Of a stretch of DNA of 64,000 nucleotides, positions 16,882-36,901 are shown piece by piece. The stretch comes from Paraspadella gotoi. Taxonomy: Eukaryota; Animalia; Chaetognatha. Where the stretch lies: assembly GCA_051294375.1 (NCBI GenBank), contig CM119263.1:30257376-30321375 (forward strand), given 5' to 3'. The notes below the pieces were generated by a model. The model made no database searches. It had not been told where the DNA came from and saw nothing but the letters and a program-made list of their open reading frames with translations. The translations under genes were made by a program, and so were the position numbers. Every line of letters starts with the position of its first letter. Position 1 is the first letter of the stretch.

Positions 16882-18584
16882 ACACAAGAGAACTGGTTTT
16901 CCTATCGCACGATGGCAGTTTTGGCCGATTCTTTTGGCCGTTTTGCTCTGGCCAGGAGGCAATAAGAAAATAAGGGATTTTCTCTTTTATGATCTCACAC
17001 GTTCTTTATTTTCGCAAGATTCCCTTTACTAATTTTAACACTTGGTTATTTAGCAAATGGACGGGGGTTTGGCGATATTTAAAAGTGGGAGATGCTTGAA
17101 GCGATCGAAAATATGGAGAATTAAATTTCCGATTTTTTTTTTTCGCGAGAGGAAAGGATGGGAGGGGCTTTTTCTTTTCGGCAATGTTTTTGTTTATTAA
17201 GACAGAGAGAGAGAGAGAGACGAGAGAGGAGAAGAGAGAGAGAATGAATGGAATCCCAGTCAAGAGAGAAAGAAAGATGAAAAGGATGATTAAAGAAAAA
17301 TCAGCGCGGACTCATTTTAAGGTCGAAATCAAAGCTTCATTCGCCTCCCCCACCCTAAAAAAAATTGTTTTGATTTTTGGAGGAAACGAAATTCGTTGGC
17401 GATGATGAGATCAAACGTCAGAATTGAAGAGAAAACGTCAGTCAAAGAAAAAATAAAAATAGTATTAATTTCAAAGAAACAAAAGATCAATAAAGAAAAT
17501 AACTTTTTAAATTAAAACAAGATGATTTTTTATTAAAATGAGCTTAATGGACTCACGTTGAGATTCACGCAATGAACCGACCTTTGACTTACCACGCCCC
17601 CCCAGCCCACAAAACCTAACCCTGCACCCTGACTTACCCTCCGCCCCCACCTTTGTACTCCCTACCTTTAGCGGTCGTGGATTCGAGCAGCGCCAAAAAC
17701 TCCAGAGTCAAAAAGCATAAAAAGGCGGCGCCGACGTCTCGACGAAGATTTGGACGCGTCATGATTCGCGGAGATTATCGTCTCCCCAATTGTTTTGTTT
17801 TGTTTTTATAAAATCGTTGTGCGTTTCAAGTTGGTTTTTTATGAGGTTTCCGCGTTGCGTTGTTATTGTATTTTTTCCCGCTTTTTTAAAATGCTTAAAA
17901 ATGATTAAGATCGGTTTTTTTGGTCGCGTTTTGTTTGTTTCTTTTTCATTTCTTATTTGTTTTCTCTCTCTGATTTCGTCGTCGTCGTCGTCGTCGTCTC
18001 TTGTGATCCCGCGATTCTTTCTTTCAAAATTTTTTCCCCTTTTTCCACTTTATTCTTTTTAAAATTTCCGAATTTAATTATTTTCTTTTCTTTTTGCTCA
18101 ATCGATTATACTTAATTAAATTCGTTTGGAAAAAGTTTTCCTTTTTTTTAATATATATTTTTTTCCCCTTTTTTGACTTCCGACTTTTTTTTTTTTTAAA
18201 TTAACGCGAAAATCGTGGGATTTTTCTTCGATGTATTTTTTTTTATTTTCACCGGAGTTTTTTTTTCTTTTCGATCTGACTCTGTCTCTATCCTTCTCCG
18301 GTTTTTACCGTTTTTCTTTCTCGTTTAGAATCTATCTCTGTCTCTCTCTCTCCGTATTTTTTTGCGCGAATGACGGACGGCGAGGATAAGAGGAAGAGCG
18401 AGAGAGAGAGAGATTCACTCATTAATCGGGTCATGAAGGAGGAGGAGGAGGAGGAGGACGAAGTGGGAGGCGAAAGGAGGAGGAAGAGAAGGAGACGATT
18501 GCGACGACGACGACGACAACGGGATTCTTTTCTCTTCCTCAAAAATCCGCGTGCGGCCTTGACCAGTTTTCAATAGACAAGCGA

Positions 18585-19020
18585 TGGGGAGAGAGGAGGG
18601 GAGGGAGGGAGGGAGGCGGGGGAGGGAGAAGGGGAGAGAGGGAGGGAAGCGGGGAGGGAGAAGGGAGAGGGAGGAAGCGGGGGAGGGAGAAGGGGAGAGG
18701 GAGGGGAAGTGGGGGAGGAGAAGGGGAGAGGGAGGGAAGCGGGGAGGGAGAAGGGGAGAGAGGGAGGGAAGCGGGGGAGGAGAGAGGGGAGAGAGGGAGG
18801 GAGACGGGGAGGGAAGGGGAGAGGGAGGGAAGCGGGGGGGAGAAGGGGAGAGGGAGGGAAGCGGGGGAGGGAGAAGGGGAGAGGGAGGGAAGCGAGGGAG
18901 GAAGAAGGGGAGAGGGGGAAGCGGGAAGGGAGAAGGGAGAGGGAGGAAGGGGGGAGGGAGAAGGGAGGGAAGCGGGGGGAGGGAGAAGGGGAGAAGAGAC
19001 GGGGGGGAGGAAAAAGGGAA
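18585..19020. repeat. Purine-only G-rich minisatellite (GGGAGGGAAGCGGGGAGGGAGAAGGGGAGA-like units)
   Basis: Direct reading; potential G-quadruplex/H-DNA. Confidence 0.9.
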
Positions 19021-19260
19021 AAAGTCAGAAGGGTAAGAGGGAAATGAGAAACTAGGTCCGGAAAACAAAAAAATGAGATTTCGGGTTGAAAAAAGATCGA
19101 TAGACTCGATACACAACGAAAATTGAAACGGGTCGACTCGGTTTGAAGTTTATATTGCAAAGCCACTATATCTATCAAGTTATATCTATCTAGTTAAAAA
19201 GAAAAAGGGGAACGTGAACGGAAGATCGCGTTTGCAGAAGTATGACATCGGATTAGCATA

Positions 19261-19312
19261 TTACCGCTAAATTATCGTAAGCAGTTCCGACATTGTTTGC
19301 TCAAACTTGTTA
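19261..19312 (-). mobile_element. Fragment of the same HINE-like family (5' end)
   Basis: Reverse complement AAGTTTGAGCAAACAATGTCGGAACTGC...CGGTAA matches 16124-16170. Confidence 0.6.
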
Positions 19313-20960
19313 TAAGCCTAGACGAGTTTAAATGACTGATTGAAACAAAAGGCTTTAAACATTTCAGTAAATTTCACTCGAAATTACAAAAACCAATTAA
19401 AGAAACCCCCCCCCAAATTGGTTAATAATCAGTCTTCCACCAGCTAACTAAGCCATAGCAAGGACAGCTTGCTTGTGATATCCCGGACTTTTCCTGCCTC
19501 AAAACCGTTTACCACTTTCTTTATTGAGACGTTGTCATTCCGCTGTGACTAAACTCTGAGAATAATACGGGGAAAGTCCATTATTTTAAAAACTACCTCG
19601 CGGAGATGAACTTAATTTACTAACTTATATCCCCAAGTCAATTAAATGAAAACCATTTCCAGAAGAACAATCTTATTTATTTTTTGTAATCAAAAAAGCA
19701 ACGAAATCATTAACTGTCTTCTACGATTCCTTTTCCAAGAACGCACTACTACTACCGATTATATTATCATTATAATTATAATTTTTTTTTTTCTTTCACC
19801 CGTCGTCTGTGAAAGCGCAGAGTGACAAGCGAATTTGCCTGATTTTCCGAATGATTTAACCAGTGACAACGGGACAAGAGAAAAAGAGCCGGCGACGTCA
19901 GCTTTTCCGGAATTAATTCACGACGAAGCTTTTTTAAATTCAATATTATATGTTAATTAAAAAAAAAAAAAAAAAAACTAACCCGCCCCCGCGTGATGAG
20001 CAAAAAAAAAAAAACAAAAACAAAAGAGGAAGCGAGAGGAGAAGGAAGGGAAGAGAGTGAAAAACGGGGGGGGAGGCGGAGAAGGGGAGGGAGAAAGGAC
20101 GAAGAACGATCGTCGAGAACCATTTCAACATTTTTTCTCTCTCGCGATGGTTTTAAGAAACGAAATTCGCTCTTTTTTTGGGGGGGGCGTGTCAAAGGAA
20201 ATAAAATATCAACCAAATCTTCGTTGGTTGGTTTTTCTCTAACTTTATTAACAACGACAACGAAAAAAAAATCTTCTTCCGAGCGACGTTATCTTTTTCC
20301 TTCGAATTGTCGTTGTTGTTGTTGTTGTCGACTCGCGACGACGAAGGGCGACGGAGAGGAGATCCGTGTCGAGGGAGAAGACGAGGAAAGACTTGGGGGG
20401 GGGGGCGAGGGAGAAGACGAGGAAAGATGGAGACGGAATCGTGAAGAGGAGGAGGGAGGGAGGGAGGGACCAGAGGAAAGTAAAAAAAAATAAAAAGAAC
20501 AACTGAGTTTCAAAACGGAAAACGAGACGAAGACGAGAGACGCCATCTTCTTTTCTCGAGTCTTTCGATCTTCGAGATGGAATTTATTTTCTTTCCCGTC
20601 GAATCAGATCAGTAATAAGATCACGTGATAATCCGCCGCCGCCAAAGCGAGGATGACCCCTGCTCGCCGCAGGAGCAGCCGCCTCCGCCGCCGCAGGCCT
20701 TTTCATCGTCCGCTTTTTTTTTCTTTTTCTTATTCTTTTTTTTCGTCGTCGACTCCGCGGCATTTTTTCTCCCTCCACCCAACTTTGGGCCGAGGAGACT
20801 CCCGCGAATGGAGCGGCCACGCCTCCCTCTCATCGTCGTGACGCGACGCGAGCGCGCCTCCTTCCCCGACGGAAGAGACGCGACGTCGGCGGGGCGCCAC
20901 TATCCGCGCAGTAGCTCGTCGACGAGTGCTTTCCCGTCGCGACCCCGAGAGGATCGCGAA

Positions 20961-27690
<6,730 letters not shown>

Positions 27691-28881
27691 GATGGAGAAG
27701 AGGGATGGAGAGAGAGAGAGAGAGAAAAGAAGAAAAGAAGAGAAAGTTCACCGCGCGGTTTTCGCTCAACTTTTGAGTTTTATTGTCGTTTGATTTTAAA
27801 AAGTCGTTAACCGAATTTTCTACGGAGAAAACGGAGGAAAGTTAAATCTGTGAATCTCGAACTGAAAAGGGATAACAATCAACAAAAATGAGTGAAGGGA
27901 GAAGAACTGGAGAGAAAATGATCGATGACGATATTTTTTTAATCATGCACCATTTTTTGTTATGGAATTAAAGTCAAATTGATAAGATTAAGAACGAATT
28001 ATTCGTGCAGAACCTCGAGTCCAAGAGATATTCATAAAACCTAGGATCTCTTAACGTGACGAGGAACAGATTTAGTCGCAAGTTAATGTCTTCATTCTCC
28101 CATTTATTTGTCAATTTTTAATTTCAAATAAAGAAAGAGTTGTTCACGTGTTGCGTTTTTGTGTCGCAACTTGTGCGACGTTGTTTTGGAATCTCGGCGG
28201 GACCGCGCCTCCTCCTCACCCACTTCCATCTCCTCTTCCTCCTCCCCCTCCTCCTCTCCTTGGTCTACGGGACGCGAGACTCGAGGCGTCCTCTGCAGGA
28301 GACTTCGTACTTAACCAAGACAGATGAACAACGTTATAACTTTTACAAATTTAGATGTACAAACTATAAAATAGATACTATAAACATATGTATTTTAAAA
28401 CTGTACCTCTAACATCACGCTGATTTTTTACTTTCAATTCATTCAAATTTTTAAAAAGTCCAAGGTATAGAATCACAATTTTTAATCAAGATATTAATCC
28501 AGATATAATTTTGTGTCAGGTTCGAACTCAATCCGGTTTCAATTCAGTTCAGTATCCAGTTCGACTTGTCAGTTATTTTTTCCAAGGCCGACGATGACAA
28601 CGTTGAACCAAATACGATTAACTGTTTTTTTTTTTTTAAACTAGCAAAGATAAATCTAAAAAATTATACCAACTTTTGACAAAGCGCGAAAAAAAGAAGA
28701 AAATGTATGCAAAATGTAAAACTTTTAATAAATTACCTAAAAAATACCTGTTTTTAGAAATCAAGGCAAATATATAACATTCGTATATCACGGTGAAGAC
28801 AGAATGTTTTTGATAAACTTTTAAAGAATTTTGAAGAGCGATCCGAAATAATTTGGAGGCGGTGAGAAGGGCCTGGTCAAA

Positions 28882-31800
28882 TCAAGAGAGCATGCGGGTC
28901 TCCTTGACGAGCCACTTGTAGGCTGCCTTGTTGCCTCGGCGTTCGAGGACAGGCCCGACCGTCTCGAGGACTCGGCTGTGATACTCGTCGATCCAATTTA
29001 CTTCTTCGGGCGTCAGGAGTGAAGGCTTCATCAAATTCTATTCGAAGAAAAAATTCAAGTCTCATAGGAACTGAAATCAATATCCGATTAAAAGGAGGAC
29101 CTCACCTTGCACAGCGGCACCAGGGTGATGGGTTCGAAAGTGAGGAATCCCTTCTCCTTGAAATTGTGCGCCGTCGTCGCCTTGACAACGAGAACGAGCG
29201 ATTCGATCCGGATCCCGAAAGACCCGTCGTGGTAGTAACTAAAGAAAAATGTATTAAAATAAAAGTATCAAAGAATATAAAAAGTTTTAACGCGAACAAA
29301 GGTCGTAAGAGTTCTTGAGGAGATATAATCGAATTAATCAAAAAGGCGAAAGACTTTGTCTTCCTTTTGAAAAGTAAGATCCTAAAAAGTCTCAAAGGTC
29401 AACCCGAAATTTGCCTTCTTATCTTTCAGCCGAAACCTCGACATATAAGTTTTTTTTAGTTTCATTTTTTCAAAAAAAATCAATAAATACTCAAGAGAAT
29501 ATAAAAACTTCCAAAAGTAAATCTCCATAATTCTTGCATCATTTCAACGGTTTCTAATATATATATATTATATATATTATATATTATAATATACCAATTT
29601 CATATATAATTGGACTCACGTTGGGCGCAAGATTCTCTAACTGAACCACATCGAACTGCAAGGCTCACCGTTAAGATAACGCCTATATAACACGACCACA
29701 CCTAGCACACAACCTCACCCCGGTTCGTCGGACAGCACCATCCCTTCTTCGAGATTGATCTCAATGGGCGAGACTCTTGGCGAGATCCCGCAGGGTCCCT
29801 CGTGGACGTTGAGAAAGGCCCCGACACCGTGGCCGGTTCCGTGGAGGTAGTCGAGCCCGAAGGACCAGAGGTGCTTGCGAGCTGGAGGAGGTGAGAGGAA
29901 AGTTAAGTGGAGAAGGTGGCCAAGGGCAGGACGCAAAGGAGAACTTACCCAAACAGTCGATCATGTGACCCTTGACTCCGTTAGGGAAAACGGCGCTCGA
30001 GAGTTCGATGTGACCCTAGGGAGGAATTAGGACGGAAATCTATTTAATTTTATAAAAATTCAAATATACAAATTTGAATTTCAGAAAACGGATTTACGTT
30101 TTCCTCACCCTCGGCCAAGCCTCCCCTCACCTTGAGCACTCTCGTGAAGGCCTCTTTTTCAAAATCCGACGGAGACCCGAAGTGAAACGTCCTCGTCACG
30201 TCCGTCGTCCCGTCTCTGGTCACATAACAAAAATAACCTTTGGACAAATGGAGGACGATAGGGGGATCGCCGTCGCCGCGGTGGGCAGCGCCTCTACGGA
30301 GCCAGGAGCCATATCTGTAATGCCTGGAAACGGGGCCGTTTCTCCGTCGGCCATTGTATCGGCGCCGGTCATCGAACGCGTAAGTCTATCAATTAATTTT
30401 TGAACCTGTCCAATGATGATGATGATGATGATGATGATCCCACCCTCTCTCTTTTCCCCATCCTCCAAAGCATCCGTCTGCCTACACCTCCTACGCGAGT
30501 CGATGGTTCGTGCTGTTGACGGCGGCGACGCTCAACTTGACAAACGCGATGGTCTGGTTGTCTTTCGCCGAAGTCGTCGACGAGACGAAGAATCTTTTTG
30601 GGATTTCTTCGGATCAAGTCGACTGGTTCTCTATCATTTTCTTCGTCAGCGGTTAGTCAAAAAAATCTCATTTGCATATTGTAGCGATGGTGGTGATAAA
30701 AGCACTCGCGGTTCAATGGTAAAGCTTGTGGATAATGGACTGGTAAATCTGAAGTATTAGTAAATTGGAATTTGGTATATTCCCTGATCTTTCATCCGCC
30801 AGGCCTTCCCCTAATCCTCCCCATGACCTACGCTTTGGATTCCAAGGGAATTCGTATCTGCCTCATCGGCGCCGCTTGGTGCAACGCCATCGGCGCCTCT
30901 TTACGGGCTGGCGGCGCCTACTTGGCGTTGGCCGACTACGTAGGCCAAGGGGCCTACGCGATGGCTCTGACTGGACAGGCGTTGGCGTCGTTGGCGCAAC
31001 CAGTGGCGACGTCAATCGGAACCAAAATCGCGGCCCAATGGTTTCCCGATAATCAAAGGGCCGTAGCCAACGCTTTGATCACTCTGGCCAACACGATGGG
31101 TAAAATATTAGTCCTTTACATTCATAAATTTCTTTAGATTCATCAACTTTTTTATATTCATCAATAATCAATCCCTCTTTCCATAAAGGCATGCTAATCG
31201 CCAACGCCTCCATCCCTTCCGCCGTCGACTCCAAAGCTTCCATCCCCAAAGTGCTCCTTGTCATCGCCGCCGCCTGCTTCTTCAACGCCGTCATGGCGAC
31301 GCTCGGCGTCCGATCGTCGCGACCCCCGACGCCGCCTTCGGCCTCCGCGGCCGTAGAGTCGACTGAGACCTTTGGCGCGGGACTCAAGAGGCTCTTGACT
31401 AACAAGTGATAATTCAAATTTAACTAAGTCGAAGTAGGAAACCAGTATATAAGGTGATAGACAGACGCGGGTCTATTACCCCCTCCTTCTTCAACCGCCA
31501 AAATTTTAACCACAAGGCCGTTTTGGATTTTAATGATGACGGGTGGAGGCGGCCTCGGAATCTTCTCCGCTTTGCAATCCCTGCTGCAACAAATTCTCTG
31601 CATTAAAGGATTCCCCAACGAAGTCAGTGACTGTTTTGTTATTTCCCCCCTTGTTTTGTAAATCGTTTTGTTCATCTCTCATTTGTTTTCTCAGGAAACG
31701 GGTTGGATCGGCGCCGGAATGATTCTCTCCGGCGTGGCGCTCTCTCTCGTCGTCGGCGCCATCGTGGATCGGACGAGGAAGTTGGAGGAGGCGGCGAAGA

Positions 31801-34792
31801 TATGCTACGCCTTCGCCGTCGTCGGCCTCAACGTCTTCCTCATCGCCGCCGACTTTCATCGCGCGGTTTGTTACTTAAACTTACTCAAATTTACTCTTCT
31901 TTTCTTACTCTCCTTTTCCCTACTTTTAACCAAGACGGCGATGGCTACGATCGGTCTCTGTCTCTTCGGCGGATTCGGTCTCGCTCTCTATCCCGTCATC
32001 CTCGAACTCGGAGTCGAGGCCACCTTTCCCACCCCGGAGGCTACGTCGAGCGGCCTCATCTTTTTGACGGGTGAGTTTCGGGTTTAAGGCGAGGCGCGAT
32101 TTTTACGCCAATGACAGTTTATTGTGAAATGTAATTCTTTTAAAACCGAGAGACGATCTCGAGCAAAAATGATTATTTAATAAAAATGATGAAATCGCAG
32201 GTCAACTTCTCGGATTGCTCTGCATGTTGCTCTCCAGTTTCATAGTCAGCGAAGCCAACGCCTTCGACCAACATCATCAGGTATTTATATTAATTTTTAA
32301 CAATATTTATAAAGGTAAAATACCTAATGATAATACAACCCTTTCTTTTCAACGCGACAGAAATGCCAATCGTCTAACGGGAAAGATTTAAACGATTACC
32401 TCAATTTCAACATTTTAATCTGCGTCTTGGCCGCCGTCATTTGCGTTTCCTTCATCCTATTTTTTAAGGTCCACATTTTTGAAGGAAATATAACTTAGTA
32501 AATTTTATAACGAGACAACCTTTAACGCAGGCCACCTATCTTCGGCAAGAGGAACAAAATCCGGAAAAGAATAAATCAACGACGACAAACACGAAAGTCG
32601 TCGCCATTTCAATTACCAACTTGAATCAAAATTATTAACCTTCTATTTTTAATTCCATTATACAGCATTTGTTTATTTGAAATCAAAATAAATGGATGAA
32701 CTGATATACCAACCTGTATTGAGCACCAGAATCGAGAAGATAGACTTCCTCTTTAGTGATCGGACGATCGGTAGAAGGTTCGGGTCTGAAGGAAAGAGAA
32801 GTTAAAAAGTTCAAACAGAGACAGAGAGGCAAACCGCGCTTTTGTAGCAAAACCGAGACTTTCGTTGCACCTGTAGTGAATGATGGCGGCGTTGGAACCG
32901 ACGGAGGAAATTGTGTCGAAAGAAAGAGAAACGAAATCGTCTTGAGTAGAACGACATTTCTCTAGGTAGTCCGCTCCTGAAGGAGACGAAAGGGAAAGAA
33001 AAGGAAAGGAATAAAATGGAGAGACGAAAGGAAAGAAAGATAAGAAGGAAGGAAAAGATAATGGGAGAGGAAAGGAAAGGAGAGAGAAAAGGGAAATGAA
33101 AGGGAAAAAATAGGAGGAAAGGATATTTGGTTGAAAAGGCAGAAAACGCAACAGCGATTCGACTTTCGGAACTAAGTTTACATGTCATGGACAGAACACA
33201 CTAATGATTCTTTTTCTTACTCCTCTCCCACCTGATATCTCCGTCACGTGATGCCCTTTCTCCAGCTGATCCTCCAGCCAGGCCAAATATTCGACGACGG
33301 CCGCTCCGTCCCGCGCGTGACTCTCACGCATTCCCTTCACTTCCGTCGGGTTCTTCACGGCTTTCAGCGCCGCGATCGGCGTCAGGCCCGTCAGGCGCTG
33401 GTGATCCTGAATTTGGACGGGGATTTTATTTAGTTGAATGCTTAATTAACAGCAACAAACAAGAATTAATTAACAAACGTAGAAGCAAAACGAATAGCAT
33501 GATCAATTTTAGAGAAAATTTTTGAGAGAGAGGTTTGTCGGCTTTCAAAGCGGCCAAGTCAGTCACGTTGTTGACACGAGATTCCATTAATATTATTAAC
33601 AATAAGTGAGAAAGATATTTGAGACCGTGAATCCAGAGTGAACCGTGCCGTTCACTAAACCTTCCCAACCCCCCCCTCCCCTCCCCTCAACTTCAAACCT
33701 TAAACAATGAAGCGAGGGCGAAAGCGGATCGATCGCTAACCCAAGCTTTCCCGCCTTCTCTGCCTCCCGTCAACGTGACTCCGCCCGTGATCGAGTTGGC
33801 GCCGTCGATCGCGAGGGAAGAGAGAAAGGAGGAAAGGCTCGCGTAGGGATGGACCTCAACGTGGCAAGGGGAAGAGGAAGAGGATGAGCCGTTGGAGGAG
33901 GAAAGGCCGAGGTGCTGCTTGACTGAAGCGTCTAATCTGGGCCAACGAGGAAAAGGAGGAGGAAAAACTGAAGATTGGATGACAGAGTTCGTAAAATATT
34001 CCCAATTTTGAAAAGGTTAAAGTCCTGGTCTACATAAAGGCTCAATCTTTTTTATAGGGTAGTGCGGGGTAATTAGGAACAGGGGTAATTAGGAAAACTG
34101 ACAAAAAAATTAAGGAAAAAAAATTTGTAAGAAATTTGAATAATTATTATAGTTTTTAATTAGGAGAAAAACAATTTTTATTTGTTTTGACAACGAATTT
34201 TAATGACAATTTGACAGATATGTTTTTAATTAATTAATACGTCATAATATGAAGGGAATCTAAATTAGATCAAACATTTGAACTGTAACAAATCCATTTT
34301 TAAAAGAAAGATGATGAGCAGCCATATCTAAATTTTCAGCTTCCTTTGATCACACACTAAGAACAGTAAGAACACCACTTAGAAGCAGATCCATTTCATA
34401 ATTCTCTCCCAAGCCTGAAAGACTGGTGAGATAAAAAAAGACCTGTTTTGGTCGATGAAGAAGTGAAGTCGATCCTTGGTAAGAACGACGTAAGCGAAGA
34501 AGACTGGATTGTATTTGATGTCGGATCCGCGGAGGTTGAGAAGCCAAGCGATTTCGTCCAAGGCTGGTGGAGTGAGACAGAGACAGAGATGATAATTAAC
34601 TAATATCTACAATATTAAGAGTTATTAGCCGCAGCGAGTAAAAAGGTAATTTTCTCTAACCCGTGACGACGAGAGCCTCGCATTTATTCTTCTTCATCTC
34701 CTTCCTCACCGCATCCACTTTTTCCCGCCAACTTTTTCCTTTAAAACAAAAGGACATCAATGACGAGGAAACTCGACACGGAACTTACCCCG

Positions 34793-34836
<44 letters not shown>

Positions 34837-36500
34837 AATACTGCAAGGGATGCAAGAAGACGGGATTGGCGGGCGGCGCCGGGCGCTCTTGGCCCCAGAC
34901 GGCGTCGACGAGGTTGAGAGGCGTCGCGACCAATCGATGTCCGGCGCTTTCGAGCTGTTGGGAGAGGGGCTTCCAGACATCCACCTAGAGGGGGGTGGAA
35001 GGGCGGTTGGGTTTGATAAGGCGTTGGGTTTTAATCCGTCTCACTCTCGCCGTCACCTTGTTTTTCGAGAAAACCTTTCTTTGCGCTCTTCTTCTTTTTA
35101 AATGTATTATATTTTACTTTGCATACAGCAGTAAAAGGATAGAAATGGTCTATTTTACTATCTTAAACAAAAATTTGATAGCAATTGAAAACTTATTAAA
35201 TTATTCGGGGTAAGTTTACTTTTCGACGACCGTAACCAACCTGAGCTACTTCCGGTCGGTTGTTTGTTAATCACATTACTTTTGTTTTCCCTCTCACGTC
35301 GAGTTTCAGTTTGCGCAATAAAATAAACATTAAATATTCATTTAAATCTTTGTTTCTTAATTTCTTTCTTTCATATTTTCGACATTTGTGTTAGCTAAAA
35401 AAAAAGCTATTTTTGCATATTTGTTTTATTTACAATTAATACTTTTATCGTAAATTTTTTGTTAATTAGCAAAAGAAAATCTTGAAAACATAATTTTGTA
35501 CGTTCTTTGTTCATTGGTTAGGGTTAAGGGTGGTTAAGGGTAGGGGCAATTACTGAATACTGCTTTGGGTAAAGGTTTGATGGGGTTAGGGGTGGTTAAG
35601 GTAGTTAGGGTTGGATAGGGTTAGGGGTGGTTAGGGCGAGGGGTAGTTTTCAAAAAAAAAATTAATTAAAAAAATTTTCTGCTCTTACCAGTATTTTTTT
35701 TTTCTTTTTTGCGTAACGAGATTACAATAAATCGCTCATAGTCAATTAGTCATAACATAAGAAACGAAAAACAACCGACCGCAAAATCCTGTCTCCAAAT
35801 ATATGCATTGTATTTGTATGCAATAGAAAACCTGCAGCAGATGGGGATCGACGCCGACGCGACCGCCTTCGCGGGGGAGAACTTCGCAGAGCCAATCGGC
35901 CTGAGTGGGCGTGCCCGGTTGACCGTCTTTCATTAAAATCCAACTGAGAAACCCAAGAAAAGCGGGAGATTTAAAAGACATTTCGACATTGCGACCAATA
36001 AGAGTCAAAACCTGTCGGGATCGAGCTGCTGATTGGCCTGTAAAAAGTAGCGCCCGTCCGTCCAGAGAGCCGCTTTCTCCGTCGTGACTATGACGGTTCC
36101 TGGTAAATGTCGTAGGGCTTTTTTTTAAAGCTAAAGAATTGATGAATAAATAAATGCAAAATATGTATGTATACTTGTGCTGATCCTAATTTGGAATCGT
36201 GTAAATATTGTTTTTTGTCATTCTCTCATTCTCGAGCCGAAATTTGCTTAAATGAAGCCTCCAAGACTAAGCCCTTTCTCTCTCACCGGCGGAACCCGTG
36301 AACCCTGAGACGAAGGCCCGTCGACAATCGCAGTCGGCGATGTACTCCGACTGGTGAGCGTCGCCGGAAGGGACGATGACGGCGTCGAGCGGCTCCGCCG
36401 CGGCACCGCTCGTTGGCCCGTTGCTGCCTTTGACGGCGCCGCTGCCGCCCCTCATCAACTGGCGCAGACGCGACAGGATGACAGCGTTTTTGGAAGCCAT
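28882..36500 (-). CDS. XPNPEP1: Xaa-Pro aminopeptidase 1 (cytosolic aminopeptidase P), about 15 exons
   Basis: [105 protein letters not shown] motifs; spliced frame is intact. Confidence 0.97.
30248..32638 (+). CDS. SLC49A3: MFS transporter of the SLC49 family (SLC49A3/MFSD7-like), nested antisense in an XPNPEP1 intron
   Basis: YASRWFVLL...NAMVWLSFA...[55 protein letters not shown] motifs; GT-AG introns; AATAAA at ~32687. Confidence 0.85.
35516..35645 (+). repeat. Degenerate TTAGGG-like interstitial repeats in an XPNPEP1 intron
   Basis: GGTTAGGGTTAAGGG...GTTAGGGTTGGATAGGGTTAGGGGTGGTTAGGG. Confidence 0.7.
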
Positions 36501-36901
36501 GGATTTTTGTTTTTATTTTATTGTTGGTACTAATATTAGTTGTTCAAGGAATCGTTTGTTTTTTGTTTCTTTAATTTCCCTACATCTTTTTTTTGGGACT
36601 CTTTCATTCAGAGAAACAAATTTCTGTTTTGAGGCTAAAGAAAAACTCATTTGAAAATAGATTTTTTTTGTATTTTTTTAATTCTCGACCGCAAAAATAA
36701 ATCAACTGAACGCGAAACAAAATTCTAAAAAGAAAACTTCTAAAAACCCATTTCGTTTTTCTCCCCCAAAAAAGTTTTCTGAACAATGAAGCTTCGGCGA
36801 TCCCGACAATCTTCGACGACAAAGAATTCAACTACATTGACTACCCCCACTCCATCCCCTCCCCCTTCTTCCTCTCCCTTCTCTCTCGCGGTGCCATCTC
36901 C

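Noticed and set aside
34311-34418. C/D snoRNA (ATGATGA...CTGA)
   Set aside because: Antisense to the host XPNPEP1, no terminal stem, and no recognisable rRNA guide
35516-35645. Telomere or chromosome fusion site
   Set aside because: Short, degenerate and inside an intact gene's intron; more likely part of a repeat element
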